Below, one piece after another: positions 29,401 to 39,204 of a stretch of DNA of 64,000 nucleotides. A program made the translations under genes and the position numbers. Source of the stretch: Bacteroidota bacterium (GTDB taxonomy: Bacteria > Bacteroidota > Ignavibacteria > SZUA-365); NCBI GenBank assembly GCA_014860565.1, contig JACZJN010000071.1, positions 1,184 to 65,183 on the forward strand, given 5' to 3'. A model generated the notes under the pieces. That model was not told the origin of the DNA, did not search any database, and saw only the letters and a program-made list of their open reading frames with translations. The number at the start of each line of letters is the position of its first letter. The first letter of the stretch is position 1.

Positions 29401-29429
29401 TTGACATTTATTTCATATCCACATAAGTT
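29401..29429 (+). promoter_or_regulatory. sigma70-type promoter for the MarR gene
   Basis: TTGACA-N17-TAAGTT. Confidence 0.6.
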
Positions 29430-29461
29430 GATAGAGGCAAGTTATTTATTGCGTAGCACTT

Positions 29462-29929
29462 ATGGAAGATCCAGAAACCCACCGAAAAGCCGAACGTCTG
29501 GCAGACCTGACCTTGGGATTGGTCGGATGCTGCCAGACCAAACAGGAAGAGATCGCTGAACGCGCCCATCTCTCTCTGTCCGAATTCAAATGTCTGCGGG
29601 CATTCCGCCACGATACTGAAATGTCTGTGAAGGACATTGCACACCGCATGAGCCTGACCAGCAGTCGTCTTACCCGCATTATCGACGGTCTTGTGAAGAA
29701 ACGGTACGTGACCCGGCACATCGATCCCAACGATCGCCGCATCGTCAACGTGCGCCTGACCAAGCAGGGTGAAATTGTTGCCCGCAAAGTGACCAACGAT
29801 TGCACCCACGTCTACGAACAGGTGCTCGGGATTCTTCAACAAAAAGACCACGACCGCATCATCAACGCAATCAATGAACTCGCGGATGTGATGCAGATCA
29901 GAACAGACTTCGTTGAGGACTACAGTTAA
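29462..29929 (+). CDS. MarR family regulator
   Basis: LTRIIDGLVKKRYV...DRR...LTKQG. Confidence 0.92.
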   Translation: MEDPETHRKAERLADLTLGLVGCCQTKQEEIAERAHLSLSEFKCLRAFRHDTEMSVKDIAHRMSLTSSRLTRIIDGLVKKRYVTRHIDPNDRRIVNVRLTKQGEIVARKVTNDCTHVYEQVLGILQQKDHDRIINAINELADVMQIRTDFVEDYS

Positions 29930-30025
29930 CTATTGCACTATGCAATAGTTTCTATCCGCAACTAATTCGCCCAACAATTATTATGATGCGCACAGATCGG
30001 TCTCGACCGAATGTGCGCTTTTTCT

Positions 30026-31429
30026 TTATTGTCGACGACGAAGAATGCCAATGCCGTAGACAAGTACGCTGATGCCAAGCCCGGCGTACATCGGTTCGAT
30101 GCCAAGAGGATAATGCGGGACGGCATCCACGGCGAGGGATTGTCCTGCGATGAACGAAGCTGCGCTCACCAGGAAGCCGCCGAGCATGGCGATGAAAGTG
30201 GCAGAACTGGAAATCAGGATGCGGGGAAAATAGCTTGCGGTAAGGGGAAGCAGCAGGGCTGGAATGAAGAGCGTACCAATCACATACCAGAGATCGATGA
30301 CGGAAGGGAAAAGCAGTACGGCCATGATCGAAACCGCGGTGGTGAACACGACGCCATACTGCGTGTATCGCGTGATCGAGCGGTCGTCGCTGCGCCCACC
30401 CCAACGGGAAAGGATGTCTCGTCCCACGGTCAGCGCGGCGATGAACGTGAGTCCGTCGGTTGTCGACATCACGGTCGCGAGCATGCCGACGTAAAAAACG
30501 CCTTTCGCGGCCGTCGGCAGCACGGCCTCAGCGAGCAGGGGATACGCCATTGACGGCTGCGCGATATCGGGCAGCAGCGCACGTGCGTACAGGCCGGACA
30601 GAGTGGTCGCGGTGTCGAAAACGAACCAGAACAGGATGGACAGGAGGATACCGTTGCGTGCTGTTCGCGGCGATTTGGCGCTGAGTGTGAATTGATGAAA
30701 CTGAGGGGAGACCAGCGTCCACAGCGCGATGAAGAACCACACGAGAATGTACTGCCAGGAATTGCCGCCTGTCAGCGTCAGATGCATCGCCGGGAGATGC
30801 GTTGAAAGGAATGGCTCGAAACCGAAATCGGAGAGGAGAAAAGCGAGAAGGATGAAAAAGCCTCCGAACATGAGCGTGAACTGCAGAAGATCCGTCCGCA
30901 CAACAGCCCGAAAGCCGCCTGCGTAAACGTACAGCATCGAAAACAATGCACCGATAATCAGGCACAGCGGGAAGCTCCATCCGGATACTACCTGGAGCAG
31001 TATTGCCAGCATAAGCAGATACGGTGCAGGTGAACTGTTGAAAAAGACCAGCACCGATCCCAGCAGCCCGGTCTTCCGGTCATAGCGCTGATAGAGCTGA
31101 TCAGGAATGGAATACGTGCCGGTATCGCGTACGCGCCGGGCAAAAAACAGCGCGAAAACAAGAGCGAAAATGTAATAGGGGAAGCCGAAGACAAACCAGT
31201 TTGCGATGCCGTACTGATAGCTGAATTCGCCGACTCCGAGTATGCCGCCGTACCAGGTCGCGACGAGCGCGGCAACGAAACCGGGCAGGCTCAGCATTCG
31301 TCCCCCGAGAATGAACTGTTCGGCGCTGCCACGATTGAGCGCGGAGCCGCGGAATCCCAGATAAAGCAGAAACCCGAGATACGCGGCGACAATGAGCCAG
31401 TCAATCCAGGTGAAGTGAAGAAGCGACAT
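30026..31429 (-). CDS. Sodium:solute symporter family transporter
   Basis: FILGGR, ATWYGG, GGFRAVVRTD, ATVMST; many TM segments. Confidence 0.9.
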   Translation of the reverse strand: MSLLHFTWIDWLIVAAYLGFLLYLGFRGSALNRGSAEQFILGGRMLSLPGFVAALVATWYGGILGVGEFSYQYGIANWFVFGFPYYIFALVFALFFARRVRDTGTYSIPDQLYQRYDRKTGLLGSVLVFFNSSPAPYLLMLAILLQVVSGWSFPLCLIIGALFSMLYVYAGGFRAVVRTDLLQFTLMFGGFFILLAFLLSDFGFEPFLSTHLPAMHLTLTGGNSWQYILVWFFIALWTLVSPQFHQFTLSAKSPRTARNGILLSILFWFVFDTATTLSGLYARALLPDIAQPSMAYPLLAEAVLPTAAKGVFYVGMLATVMSTTDGLTFIAALTVGRDILSRWGGRSDDRSITRYTQYGVVFTTAVSIMAVLLFPSVIDLWYVIGTLFIPALLLPLTASYFPRILISSSATFIAMLGGFLVSAASFIAGQSLAVDAVPHYPLGIEPMYAGLGISVLVYGIGILRRRQ

Positions 31430-31520
31430 GGGACAGTGCTCCCTGTGAACGTTTGGATACTCCGGATAAAAAACAAGGTGCGGGCTTGTAATCCAAGCGC
31501 TCCGCGAGAGGAACAGAGAC

Positions 31521-31548
31521 AAAAAAAAAGGGCGCCATGACGGCGCCC
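31521..31548 (-). terminator. Intrinsic terminator
   Basis: GGGCGCC...GGCGCCC plus A9. Confidence 0.75.
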
Positions 31549-31564
31549 GTAAGCAGCACGCTGG

Positions 31565-31891
31565 TTAGCGTGGCATGGACTTCAGTATTTTCTTCTGAGC
31601 CGGATGACGTTCACGGTACAGGTGTTCCGAAAGATTCTTGCTGTGCCGGTCGCTGTCAATAGTCACGAATACCAGTTTCTCCATGCAATCCCTGCACACA
31701 CGCACTTTTCGCTCACCTTCCATATCCAGCGGCTTCTTGAAATACAGCTGCTCAGATGGAATTGCGTGGCCGAACATACAATCATGTTCCTTCTCGGAAA
31801 TTCCGGTGTGCCACTCGTACTGCTGTGAGGAGAGTGCGTTAAAACGCTTCAACGAACGGAGAAACTCCTTCTCGGACTGATATACCGCCAT
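31565..31891 (-). CDS. Small hypothetical protein, possible Zn finger
   Basis: 108 aa from MAVYQS with GGAG upstream; CMFGH...CRDC; followed by a terminator. Confidence 0.65.
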   Translation of the reverse strand: MAVYQSEKEFLRSLKRFNALSSQQYEWHTGISEKEHDCMFGHAIPSEQLYFKKPLDMEGERKVRVCRDCMEKLVFVTIDSDRHSKNLSEHLYRERHPAQKKILKSMPR

Positions 31892-32086
31892 AGAACTACT
31901 CCGGATGTGAACAGTTATGGAAGCTGCTTGCAGATACTCCGGCTGAAAGGGCGGAGTAACGCAATCGGGACTCGCAATGTAACATTTTATGAAACAAATG
32001 CGATAGGGGGGAAGAATTCTTCCTGAATATCGGGCCGTCCGCTGTACAAATAACAATTTTCTGTTATATTCCCACCATACGATAAA

Positions 32087-34450
32087 ATGATGATCATGCA
32101 GATACGACCCATCACAGCGATATTCTTCGCTGCCTGTATGCTGCACTCCTCTGCCGCAGCACAGGCTTTGTCGGGACGTGCCGAACTCGTCGGTCCGCGC
32201 CTCGTGCGGCTGCGTTGTGTCGACGGTTCAAGCACGCTTGCCAAGGAGGCCTCGCAGTTCGCTCTGATGACCGCCGCCGGAAAGCGGATTGCGGTCGAAG
32301 CGGTGTCTCCTGTCAGTGAAAATGAACTCGATCTCCGTCCCGTCCAGGACCTCGACATCCGCCGCGTCCATTATCTGCTCGAACCGGGTGGCGACACGCT
32401 GCTGTGTTCTTTCGACGGATGGCTGCGCGATGCCTACTCGGATAAAGAACTTGGGGCATGTTTCCTTGCCGACCGCAATCAGACCGCGGTGCGTGTGTTT
32501 TCTCCGCGCGCCGACAGCGTGCTGCTGTATCTGTATTCATCGAGGAATGCCGCGGAAGCAGATCTGCGCATCGTCATGCTGCGCGATGACGACGGTGTTT
32601 GGGAAGCGGTGCTCGAGGGCAATTACGAACGTTGGTGGTACGATTTCACCGTGCACGGTCCTGAAGACCCCGGGAATGATTTCTACGAACAGGTGCCGAT
32701 GCATGTCACGGATCCCTATGCCCGCGTCTCGGACGACAGTTTCGGCCGCGCGCGCATCTGGCCGCGGATGACGCCGGCACCACCCGTCCGTGGCGGTCGG
32801 CCCCGTATGGAAGACGTCATCGCGTACGAAGTACACGTCGAGGATTTCACCCTCGCGCTCGAACAGCTCGATCCTGAATTGCGCGGAACGTTTACCGGCT
32901 TTGTGGCGTCGGGACTCCGGAACGCGCAGGGCGCACCGGTCGGTTTCGACCATCTCGTCGAGCTGGGCGTTAATGTCGTGCACCTGATGCCCGTGCAGGA
33001 ATTCCTGCACTACTCCGATGAAGAATGGCAGCGTGCTTTTGCCGACGATCCCTACATGCGTGAACAGATGGTGGCGGAAAGCAATTATCAGTGGGGCTAT
33101 CGTACGTCGCATGCGTTCGCGATCGAAACACGATTTCGCGAGCACGGGAGCGATGTGGGTGAACAGAACCGGCAGTTCCGCGATCTCGTCGCAGCCTTCC
33201 ACGACAAGGGCATCGCAGTGATCGTCGATCTGGTGTTCAACCACACCGCCGAACGAATGGATGGCCGCGAGATGTATTTCAACCTGCGTGTCTTTGACCG
33301 TCAGGTCTATTATCGCACGGACGACAAACTCGGCTTCATCGGGGGCTACGGCTCGGAAACAAAATCCGAGGATCGGCCGATGACCGCGCGCTGGATTTAT
33401 GATCAATGCACAGCGCTTGTGAATGAGTACGGTGTAGACGGATTCCGCATCGATCTGGCGGGACTGACCGACGAGCAGACGCTGCGGGAACTGAGACGGC
33501 GGCTCGGTCCGGACATCATTATTTACGGCGAGCCCTGGATCGGATCCAGTGACCCGGATTTCGAAAGTAATCCCGACTGGGACTGGTACAAGGCCGATGC
33601 CCCCATCACCTATTTCCAGGATGACTGCCGCAACGCGCTGTGCGGTCCGCCCGACAATCCGCAAGACAAACGGCGCGACCGAGGCTATGCCGGCGGCAAC
33701 GGCAACCGGGAAGCGGCAATGCGCGCGATCGCCAACAGCTTTGAATATGAAGACAATCCCAACGAGGGCATCAACTACCTGGACATTCATGACAACTGGG
33801 CGCTGGCTGACCGTTTCGCCCGGGATGACTGGAACGGACTTCGCGGTGTGGAAGAAGACCGCTACCGCATCGCGGCTGCCATGCTGCTGACGTCGCTGGG
33901 ACCGGTGGTCATACACGGCGGCAGTGAATTCATGCGAAGCAAGGCTTCGTCGCCGCTGGTTGAATACGTCAAATACACCGAAAGCGGTCCGATATACATT
34001 CATGGGAAGCGCGACACGTATAATCTGCGCCGGCCAAATCTCTTTCTCTGGGAAACGCTGGGGAAAAATACGGAGGACGGTGCGGCATGCAATTTCCAGC
34101 GGATGAATGATTATTGGAAAGGACTGATCACCCTCCGCCGCTCGGAATACGGCAGCGTTTTGCGGAGGGGCGAGGCGGTGCCCGCGGATTATATCCGCTG
34201 GATCACACCGGACGACAGTATGCTGCTCGGCTACGTCATCGATGCACGCATCGCGGTGCTGGTGAATACCGGCGATGCACCGGGCACCGTTTCATCGTTC
34301 GAATTGCCTGAAGGCGATTGGGTGCTTGTCGCTGCAGGCGACCGCGCCGGAACAGAGCGGCTTGACGATATTCCACAATCGAAACTGATGGGCGGCGCGC
34401 ATACACTTTCCATCGATGCGCGTGACGTCAGGATCTGGATTCGAAAATGA
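32087..34450 (+). CDS. GH13 pullulanase-like glycosidase with signal peptide
   Basis: DPYAR, WGY, DLVFNH, GFRIDL, YGEPW, IHDN. Confidence 0.88.
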   Translation: MMIMQIRPITAIFFAACMLHSSAAAQALSGRAELVGPRLVRLRCVDGSSTLAKEASQFALMTAAGKRIAVEAVSPVSENELDLRPVQDLDIRRVHYLLEPGGDTLLCSFDGWLRDAYSDKELGACFLADRNQTAVRVFSPRADSVLLYLYSSRNAAEADLRIVMLRDDDGVWEAVLEGNYERWWYDFTVHGPEDPGNDFYEQVPMHVTDPYARVSDDSFGRARIWPRMTPAPPVRGGRPRMEDVIAYEVHVEDFTLALEQLDPELRGTFTGFVASGLRNAQGAPVGFDHLVELGVNVVHLMPVQEFLHYSDEEWQRAFADDPYMREQMVAESNYQWGYRTSHAFAIETRFREHGSDVGEQNRQFRDLVAAFHDKGIAVIVDLVFNHTAERMDGREMYFNLRVFDRQVYYRTDDKLGFIGGYGSETKSEDRPMTARWIYDQCTALVNEYGVDGFRIDLAGLTDEQTLRELRRRLGPDIIIYGEPWIGSSDPDFESNPDWDWYKADAPITYFQDDCRNALCGPPDNPQDKRRDRGYAGGNGNREAAMRAIANSFEYEDNPNEGINYLDIHDNWALADRFARDDWNGLRGVEEDRYRIAAAMLLTSLGPVVIHGGSEFMRSKASSPLVEYVKYTESGPIYIHGKRDTYNLRRPNLFLWETLGKNTEDGAACNFQRMNDYWKGLITLRRSEYGSVLRRGEAVPADYIRWITPDDSMLLGYVIDARIAVLVNTGDAPGTVSSFELPEGDWVLVAAGDRAGTERLDDIPQSKLMGGAHTLSIDARDVRIWIRK

Positions 34451-34481
34451 CTCTTTCCTCATAGTGACGAGGAGGTACATC

Positions 34482-35318
34482 ATGAGCAAACGCATCGTCG
34501 TCGGACTTGACGGATCGCCCTACGCCAAAACCGCTCTGGATATGGCTCTCCGCCGGGCGAAACTGTACAAGGGTACGCTTATCGGTGTTGCGGTGATCGA
34601 CAGGCCGAGCATCGAGCACCTGGCGGCGGGGGCGCAACCCGGCGCATTTCAAATAGCAGAGAGCACTGTTTCCACCATGCTCAACGATGCCAAGGAGCAC
34701 GCGGAAAAGCTGATCGCGCAATTCCGCATGGAATGCGATCTGAACGAGGTGACGCACGAAGACATCATTTACACCGGTACACCTTTCGAGGGACTGGGCC
34801 AGGAAAGCCGTACCGCGGATCTGATCGTCACGGGACTGCGCACGTTTTTTCATTATCCGACGCGGGAAGGTCCGGGCGATACGCTCGAACTGCTGATGAA
34901 GGATCCGGTTTGTCCGGTGCTTGCCGTGCCGAAGGATCTTGAACTGCCACGCAATGTGGTTATCGCTTATGACGGATCGAAGGGCGCTGCCCGCGCGCTT
35001 CAGGCGTACGCGCATATCACGCCCGACATCCCCGACATCTATCCCGTGACGCTGCTCTGCGTCGCCGCGGAGTACGACAGGAACAAATATCATCTCGAGA
35101 AAGCGGCGCGTTTCCTTCGCGCCCATGGCATCGAAGCACGCATGATGCTGCGCACCGGCAAGCCACTCGAAGCGATCCGGCAGGTGATGAAAGAATTGCA
35201 TCCGGCCCTGATTATTCTCGGCCGGCCGGTTTCCCAGGGTTTGACGGAACGCATTTTCGGCAGCACTGTCGGCAGCATCATCAAGGACGGAACAGCCCCG
35301 GTTTTTGTCTTCCATTGA
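34482..35318 (+). CDS. Tandem-domain universal stress protein
   Basis: IVVGLDGS, IAYDGS, IFGSTV; GGAGG RBS. Confidence 0.9.
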   Translation: MSKRIVVGLDGSPYAKTALDMALRRAKLYKGTLIGVAVIDRPSIEHLAAGAQPGAFQIAESTVSTMLNDAKEHAEKLIAQFRMECDLNEVTHEDIIYTGTPFEGLGQESRTADLIVTGLRTFFHYPTREGPGDTLELLMKDPVCPVLAVPKDLELPRNVVIAYDGSKGAARALQAYAHITPDIPDIYPVTLLCVAAEYDRNKYHLEKAARFLRAHGIEARMMLRTGKPLEAIRQVMKELHPALIILGRPVSQGLTERIFGSTVGSIIKDGTAPVFVFH

Positions 35319-35330
35319 AAGGAAAGCGAC

Positions 35331-36137
35331 ATGCATGCCACACGTGAAAAGCATCCGTATCCTGTCGTGATTCTTTGCGGCGGCCTTGGGCTTCGCATGC
35401 GGGAGTTCACCGACGGGAAACCCAAGGCACTTGTGCAGATCGGCGGCCGCCCCGTGCTGTGGCATGTGATGAAGCTCTACTCGCATTTCGGTTTCCGCAA
35501 TTTCATTTTGCCTCTGGGACACGGCGCCGATCAGATCATCACCTGGTTCGAACGCTATCTGAGCATGACGGCGGATTTCACACTCCGCCTTTCCGACGGT
35601 GCTCACACCTTTCACACCCTGCTTCCCGACGATGAACGCGACTGGCGCGTGACCTTTCTGCATGCCGGCGCGAGTACGGAAACCGCGGGACGGCTGCTCC
35701 GCTGCGCACCGTTCATCGAGGAAGACCACTTCCTCACAACGTATACAGACGGCCTGTCTGATGCCGATCTTGGCGCCGAGCTCGAGCAGCATCTCTCTTC
35801 GAAGGCGGATGTCACTCTCCTGTCGGTCAAACTCATGACCAGCTTCGGCATCCTTGAAAGCGACGGTCGCATGCTTCTTGGCTTCGATGAAAAACCCAGG
35901 ACGACCTGCGAAGTCAACGGCGGCTTTTTCGTCATGCGGCGAGAAGTGCTCGATGAAATCCGGGGCGATGACGCAATTCTCGAGAAGGATCTTCTGCCAC
36001 GATTGGCGAAGGAAGGGCGCATGCAAGTATTTGCGCACGACGGCTTCTGGCACTGTATGGACACGCCGAAGCACGTGCAGGAACTCAACCGTATGTGGTA
36101 TGGCGATGCTGCGCCGTGGAAATTATGGGACGGGTGA
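35331..36137 (+). CDS. Glucose-1-phosphate cytidylyltransferase-like (RfbF family) nucleotidyltransferase
   Basis: ILCGGLG.R...PK, TAGRL, NGGFFV, FWHCMDT, APWK. Confidence 0.85.
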   Translation: MHATREKHPYPVVILCGGLGLRMREFTDGKPKALVQIGGRPVLWHVMKLYSHFGFRNFILPLGHGADQIITWFERYLSMTADFTLRLSDGAHTFHTLLPDDERDWRVTFLHAGASTETAGRLLRCAPFIEEDHFLTTYTDGLSDADLGAELEQHLSSKADVTLLSVKLMTSFGILESDGRMLLGFDEKPRTTCEVNGGFFVMRREVLDEIRGDDAILEKDLLPRLAKEGRMQVFAHDGFWHCMDTPKHVQELNRMWYGDAAPWKLWDG

Positions 36138-36190
36138 AATCGCCTGCGCCCCTACACGTTCGGATCGTTGTACCGTCGTGCGAAATGTTT

Positions 36191-36895
36191 TCAATGCCGG
36201 GGAGGGCGTGCGACGGCGAGGATGCGCACGTCGGTGAAGCCCGCCTGGACCAGGACGTCGGCACAGGCCCCGATGGTCGCGCCGGTAGTGATCAGATCGT
36301 CGACGAGGAGAAGCGGTCGACTGCCAAGCGTTGTCGCCCGGGCCGCATCGACGGCGAAGGCGTCGCGTACATTTGCCTGGCGTTCGTCCCGGTCCAGCCG
36401 TGACGCGGACTGTGACGTCGTATAGCGCAGGCGCTGCAGCAGCCCTCCGTCCCATTCCAGTCCGCATTCCGCGGCGAGTCCCCGACAGAGAAATTCCGCC
36501 TGATTATATCCGCGTTCGATACGCTTGATGCGATGCAGAGGAATCGGCAGCAGCAGCGGATCGCCATCGAGCAGTATTGTTCCCACGAGGCGTTCGCCCA
36601 GCAAACGTCCCAGCCACTCGCCCGCGCGATACAGCTGGCGGTATTTCATCGCGTGAATGCAGCGTTCGATCACGCTGCCGCTGTCATACTCCCATCCCAC
36701 GAGCATCATCGACGCATCGCACGCACAGGCAAGCGAAGCGATATGCGCGGATGATTGCGCCGCAGTCAGCGGCAGGGGAACGAGTTCCGCCATGCAGAGC
36801 GGACACAGCAGGTCGCCCGTGTGCGTACGCAACCCGCAGCCAAGGCACAGCGGGGGATAGAGAACGTCGAGTAATGCGGATAATGCGAAGTGCAT
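36191..36895 (-). CDS. comF: ComF family phosphoribosyltransferase-like protein
   Basis: CLGC...CPLC, ERGYNQA, LVDDLITTGAT. Confidence 0.88.
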   Translation of the reverse strand: MHFALSALLDVLYPPLCLGCGLRTHTGDLLCPLCMAELVPLPLTAAQSSAHIASLACACDASMMLVGWEYDSGSVIERCIHAMKYRQLYRAGEWLGRLLGERLVGTILLDGDPLLLPIPLHRIKRIERGYNQAEFLCRGLAAECGLEWDGGLLQRLRYTTSQSASRLDRDERQANVRDAFAVDAARATTLGSRPLLLVDDLITTGATIGACADVLVQAGFTDVRILAVARPPRH

Positions 36896-36923
36896 GTCTG
36901 ATCTCCCTGTGACCTGCATTCGG

Positions 36924-36961
36924 AAAAAAGCGGACCGCCCGTCATGTGCGCGGGCGGTCCG
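36924..36961 (-). terminator. Terminator after ispG
   Basis: GGACCGCCCG...CGGGCGGTCC plus A6. Confidence 0.7.
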
Positions 36962-36973
36962 GTATGATCTATC

Positions 36974-38122
36974 TCAGGCCGTGGCGGGTTCTTCCTTCTG
37001 TTCGTCGGGGACGAACCGCATGGCTTCCTCGTACACGGCGTCGATGATTTCATCCTCCTTCAGCCGGCGGACAACCTCGCCCTTGCGGTAGAGGATGCCG
37101 ACGCCTTTTCCGGCGGCGATGCCGATGTCGGCTTCGCTGGCTTCGCCGGGACCATTCACCACGCAGCCGAGCAATGCGATTTTCACCGGTTTCTTGATGC
37201 CGGCGAGCCGCTTCTCGAGTTCGTTGGTGATTTTGAAGAGGTCCACTTCCAATCGGCCGCACGTCGGGCAGGCGATGATTTCCACGCTGCGCGAAGCGAG
37301 GCCGAGTGAGCGGAGAATCTCCTTGCCCACTTCGACTTCCTTCCACGGTTCGTCTGTGAGCGAGACGCGGATGGTGTCGCCGATTCCCTCGGCGAGCAGG
37401 GTACCGATGCCGACGGCGCTTTTGATCGTCCCCACACGGGTGGTGCCCGCTTCGGTGACGCCGAGATGCAGCGGATAGTCGGTCCGCTCGGCGAGATAGC
37501 GGTATGCTTCGATCATGAGCCGGGTGTCGGTGGACTTCACGGAAATGATGACGTCGCGGAAACCGAAATCCTCGCAGATCGTTGCGTGCCGCATGGCGCT
37601 TTCGAACAGCGCCTCGGCGGTGGGGTAGCCGTGTTTTTCGAGTATGTCTTCCTCGAGCGAGCCGGAGTTCACACCGATGCGGATGGGGATGCCGCGCTCT
37701 TTGGCGGCGGCGAGGACCTGATGAATGCGGTCGATCGAGCCGATGTTGCCCGGGTTGATGCGCACTTTCGCAACGCCGGCCTTGATCGATTCGAGCGCAA
37801 AGATATGGTTGAAATGGATATCGGCGACAATGGGAAGCGGCGACTTGCGAACAATGTCGGCCATGGCCGCTGCCGCCTGCTTGTCGTTGACGGTGATGCG
37901 CACGATGTCGCAGCCCTCGTCGGCGGATTTACGAATCTGCTCGACCGTGGCATCGACGTCGCTGGTCTTGGTTTTCGTCATGGTCTGCACGCTGATCGGC
38001 GCATCGCCGCCGATCGGGATGTCGCCGACCCAGACCTTGCGGGTTCTGCGTCGCACGCTTTTCACTTGCGGCGGCTGCCAGACGGGCGCGTTCGGATCCT
38101 GAATGACGGGAATTTCTATCAT
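36974..38122 (-). CDS. ispG: (E)-4-hydroxy-3-methylbut-2-enyl-diphosphate synthase
   Basis: ADIHF, RINPGN, HLGVTEAG, CPTCGR, GCVVNGPGE. Confidence 0.97.
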   Translation of the reverse strand: MIEIPVIQDPNAPVWQPPQVKSVRRRTRKVWVGDIPIGGDAPISVQTMTKTKTSDVDATVEQIRKSADEGCDIVRITVNDKQAAAAMADIVRKSPLPIVADIHFNHIFALESIKAGVAKVRINPGNIGSIDRIHQVLAAAKERGIPIRIGVNSGSLEEDILEKHGYPTAEALFESAMRHATICEDFGFRDVIISVKSTDTRLMIEAYRYLAERTDYPLHLGVTEAGTTRVGTIKSAVGIGTLLAEGIGDTIRVSLTDEPWKEVEVGKEILRSLGLASRSVEIIACPTCGRLEVDLFKITNELEKRLAGIKKPVKIALLGCVVNGPGEASEADIGIAAGKGVGILYRKGEVVRRLKEDEIIDAVYEEAMRFVPDEQKEEPATA

Positions 38123-38142
38123 GGGGTGTTGTTTGCTCAGGT

Positions 38143-39066
38143 TCAGTTGTTGTTTCTGTCAGGATGGATGCGTTTGCTCGCATCGAGGAGGATGTGTTTT
38201 TCTTCCTCGGTCAAACCGGCGTACCCGGAGACACTGATCTTGTCGAGAATTTCATCGATGCGCTGCTGTGCCGCGTCATAGGTGTGGTCGCCACTTTTCC
38301 TATCAAGTTTGCCGGGAGTGAATTCGTAGAATTTCGCATCCTTCTGACTCTGGTTCCAGCGTGTCGAGACGGTGCTTCCGGATTTGCGGTTTAGCCAGCG
38401 GTCGATATATCCCCGCTGATCGAGCAGTACCCAGATACCTCCCACGACTGCGCCACCAAGATGTGCCACGTGCGCGATGCCCTCATGCGTTCCGAGCACG
38501 CCGTACACCACTTCCAGAATGATGAGCCCGGCGATAAGATACTTGGCGCGAATCGGGAGGAGGAAGTACAGGTATACGTAGCGGTCCGGGAAAACCATCG
38601 CAAAGGCCGCCATGATTCCGTACACGCCTCCTGAGGCGCCGATGGTCGGACCGGTGCCGGTGAACAGCGGAGCGATGAGCAGATTGGCGAGGCCGGCGGC
38701 GATGCCCGCGGCGAAATAGAAAATCGCGAATTTTTTCGAGCCCCAGAGGTTCTCGATTTCCACGCCGAACATCCACAGCATGAGCATATTGAAAAACACA
38801 TGCTGAAAACCGCCGTGCAGAAACATGTAGCTGATCAGCTGCCACGGCATGAAATTTCCACTGCCCAGAGGCCAGAGGTAGAATGTGCGCGCAAACCAGT
38901 TGTATAGCGGTTCGCCGTGAAACGTGAGAAAGCCGCCTTCGAGCGTCATCTGGATGAGAAATATCCCCACGTTGGCCAGCAGCAGATATTTGATCACCGG
39001 CGGGAAAAAACTGAATCCGCCAAACTGGGGACGGAAGGGCTGATTAGATTGATTTCTGTAGGGCAT
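38143..39066 (-). CDS. Rhomboid intramembrane serine protease
   Basis: FLHGG..H..FNM, GASG, AHLGG; C-terminal IDEILDKI..SG. Confidence 0.93.
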   Translation of the reverse strand: MPYRNQSNQPFRPQFGGFSFFPPVIKYLLLANVGIFLIQMTLEGGFLTFHGEPLYNWFARTFYLWPLGSGNFMPWQLISYMFLHGGFQHVFFNMLMLWMFGVEIENLWGSKKFAIFYFAAGIAAGLANLLIAPLFTGTGPTIGASGGVYGIMAAFAMVFPDRYVYLYFLLPIRAKYLIAGLIILEVVYGVLGTHEGIAHVAHLGGAVVGGIWVLLDQRGYIDRWLNRKSGSTVSTRWNQSQKDAKFYEFTPGKLDRKSGDHTYDAAQQRIDEILDKISVSGYAGLTEEEKHILLDASKRIHPDRNNN

Positions 39067-39204
39067 GGTTACCTGTTATTCAACAAATAGAAAAACAGAG
39101 CGCGGGTTGGGATCGTTCCGCTCACAGCTGCTTGTCACCGTTATCATCGTCAGCGAGTGCGGCGATCTCCGTGCCTTGCTGTGTGAAAATCTCCAGCGAC
39201 TGGC

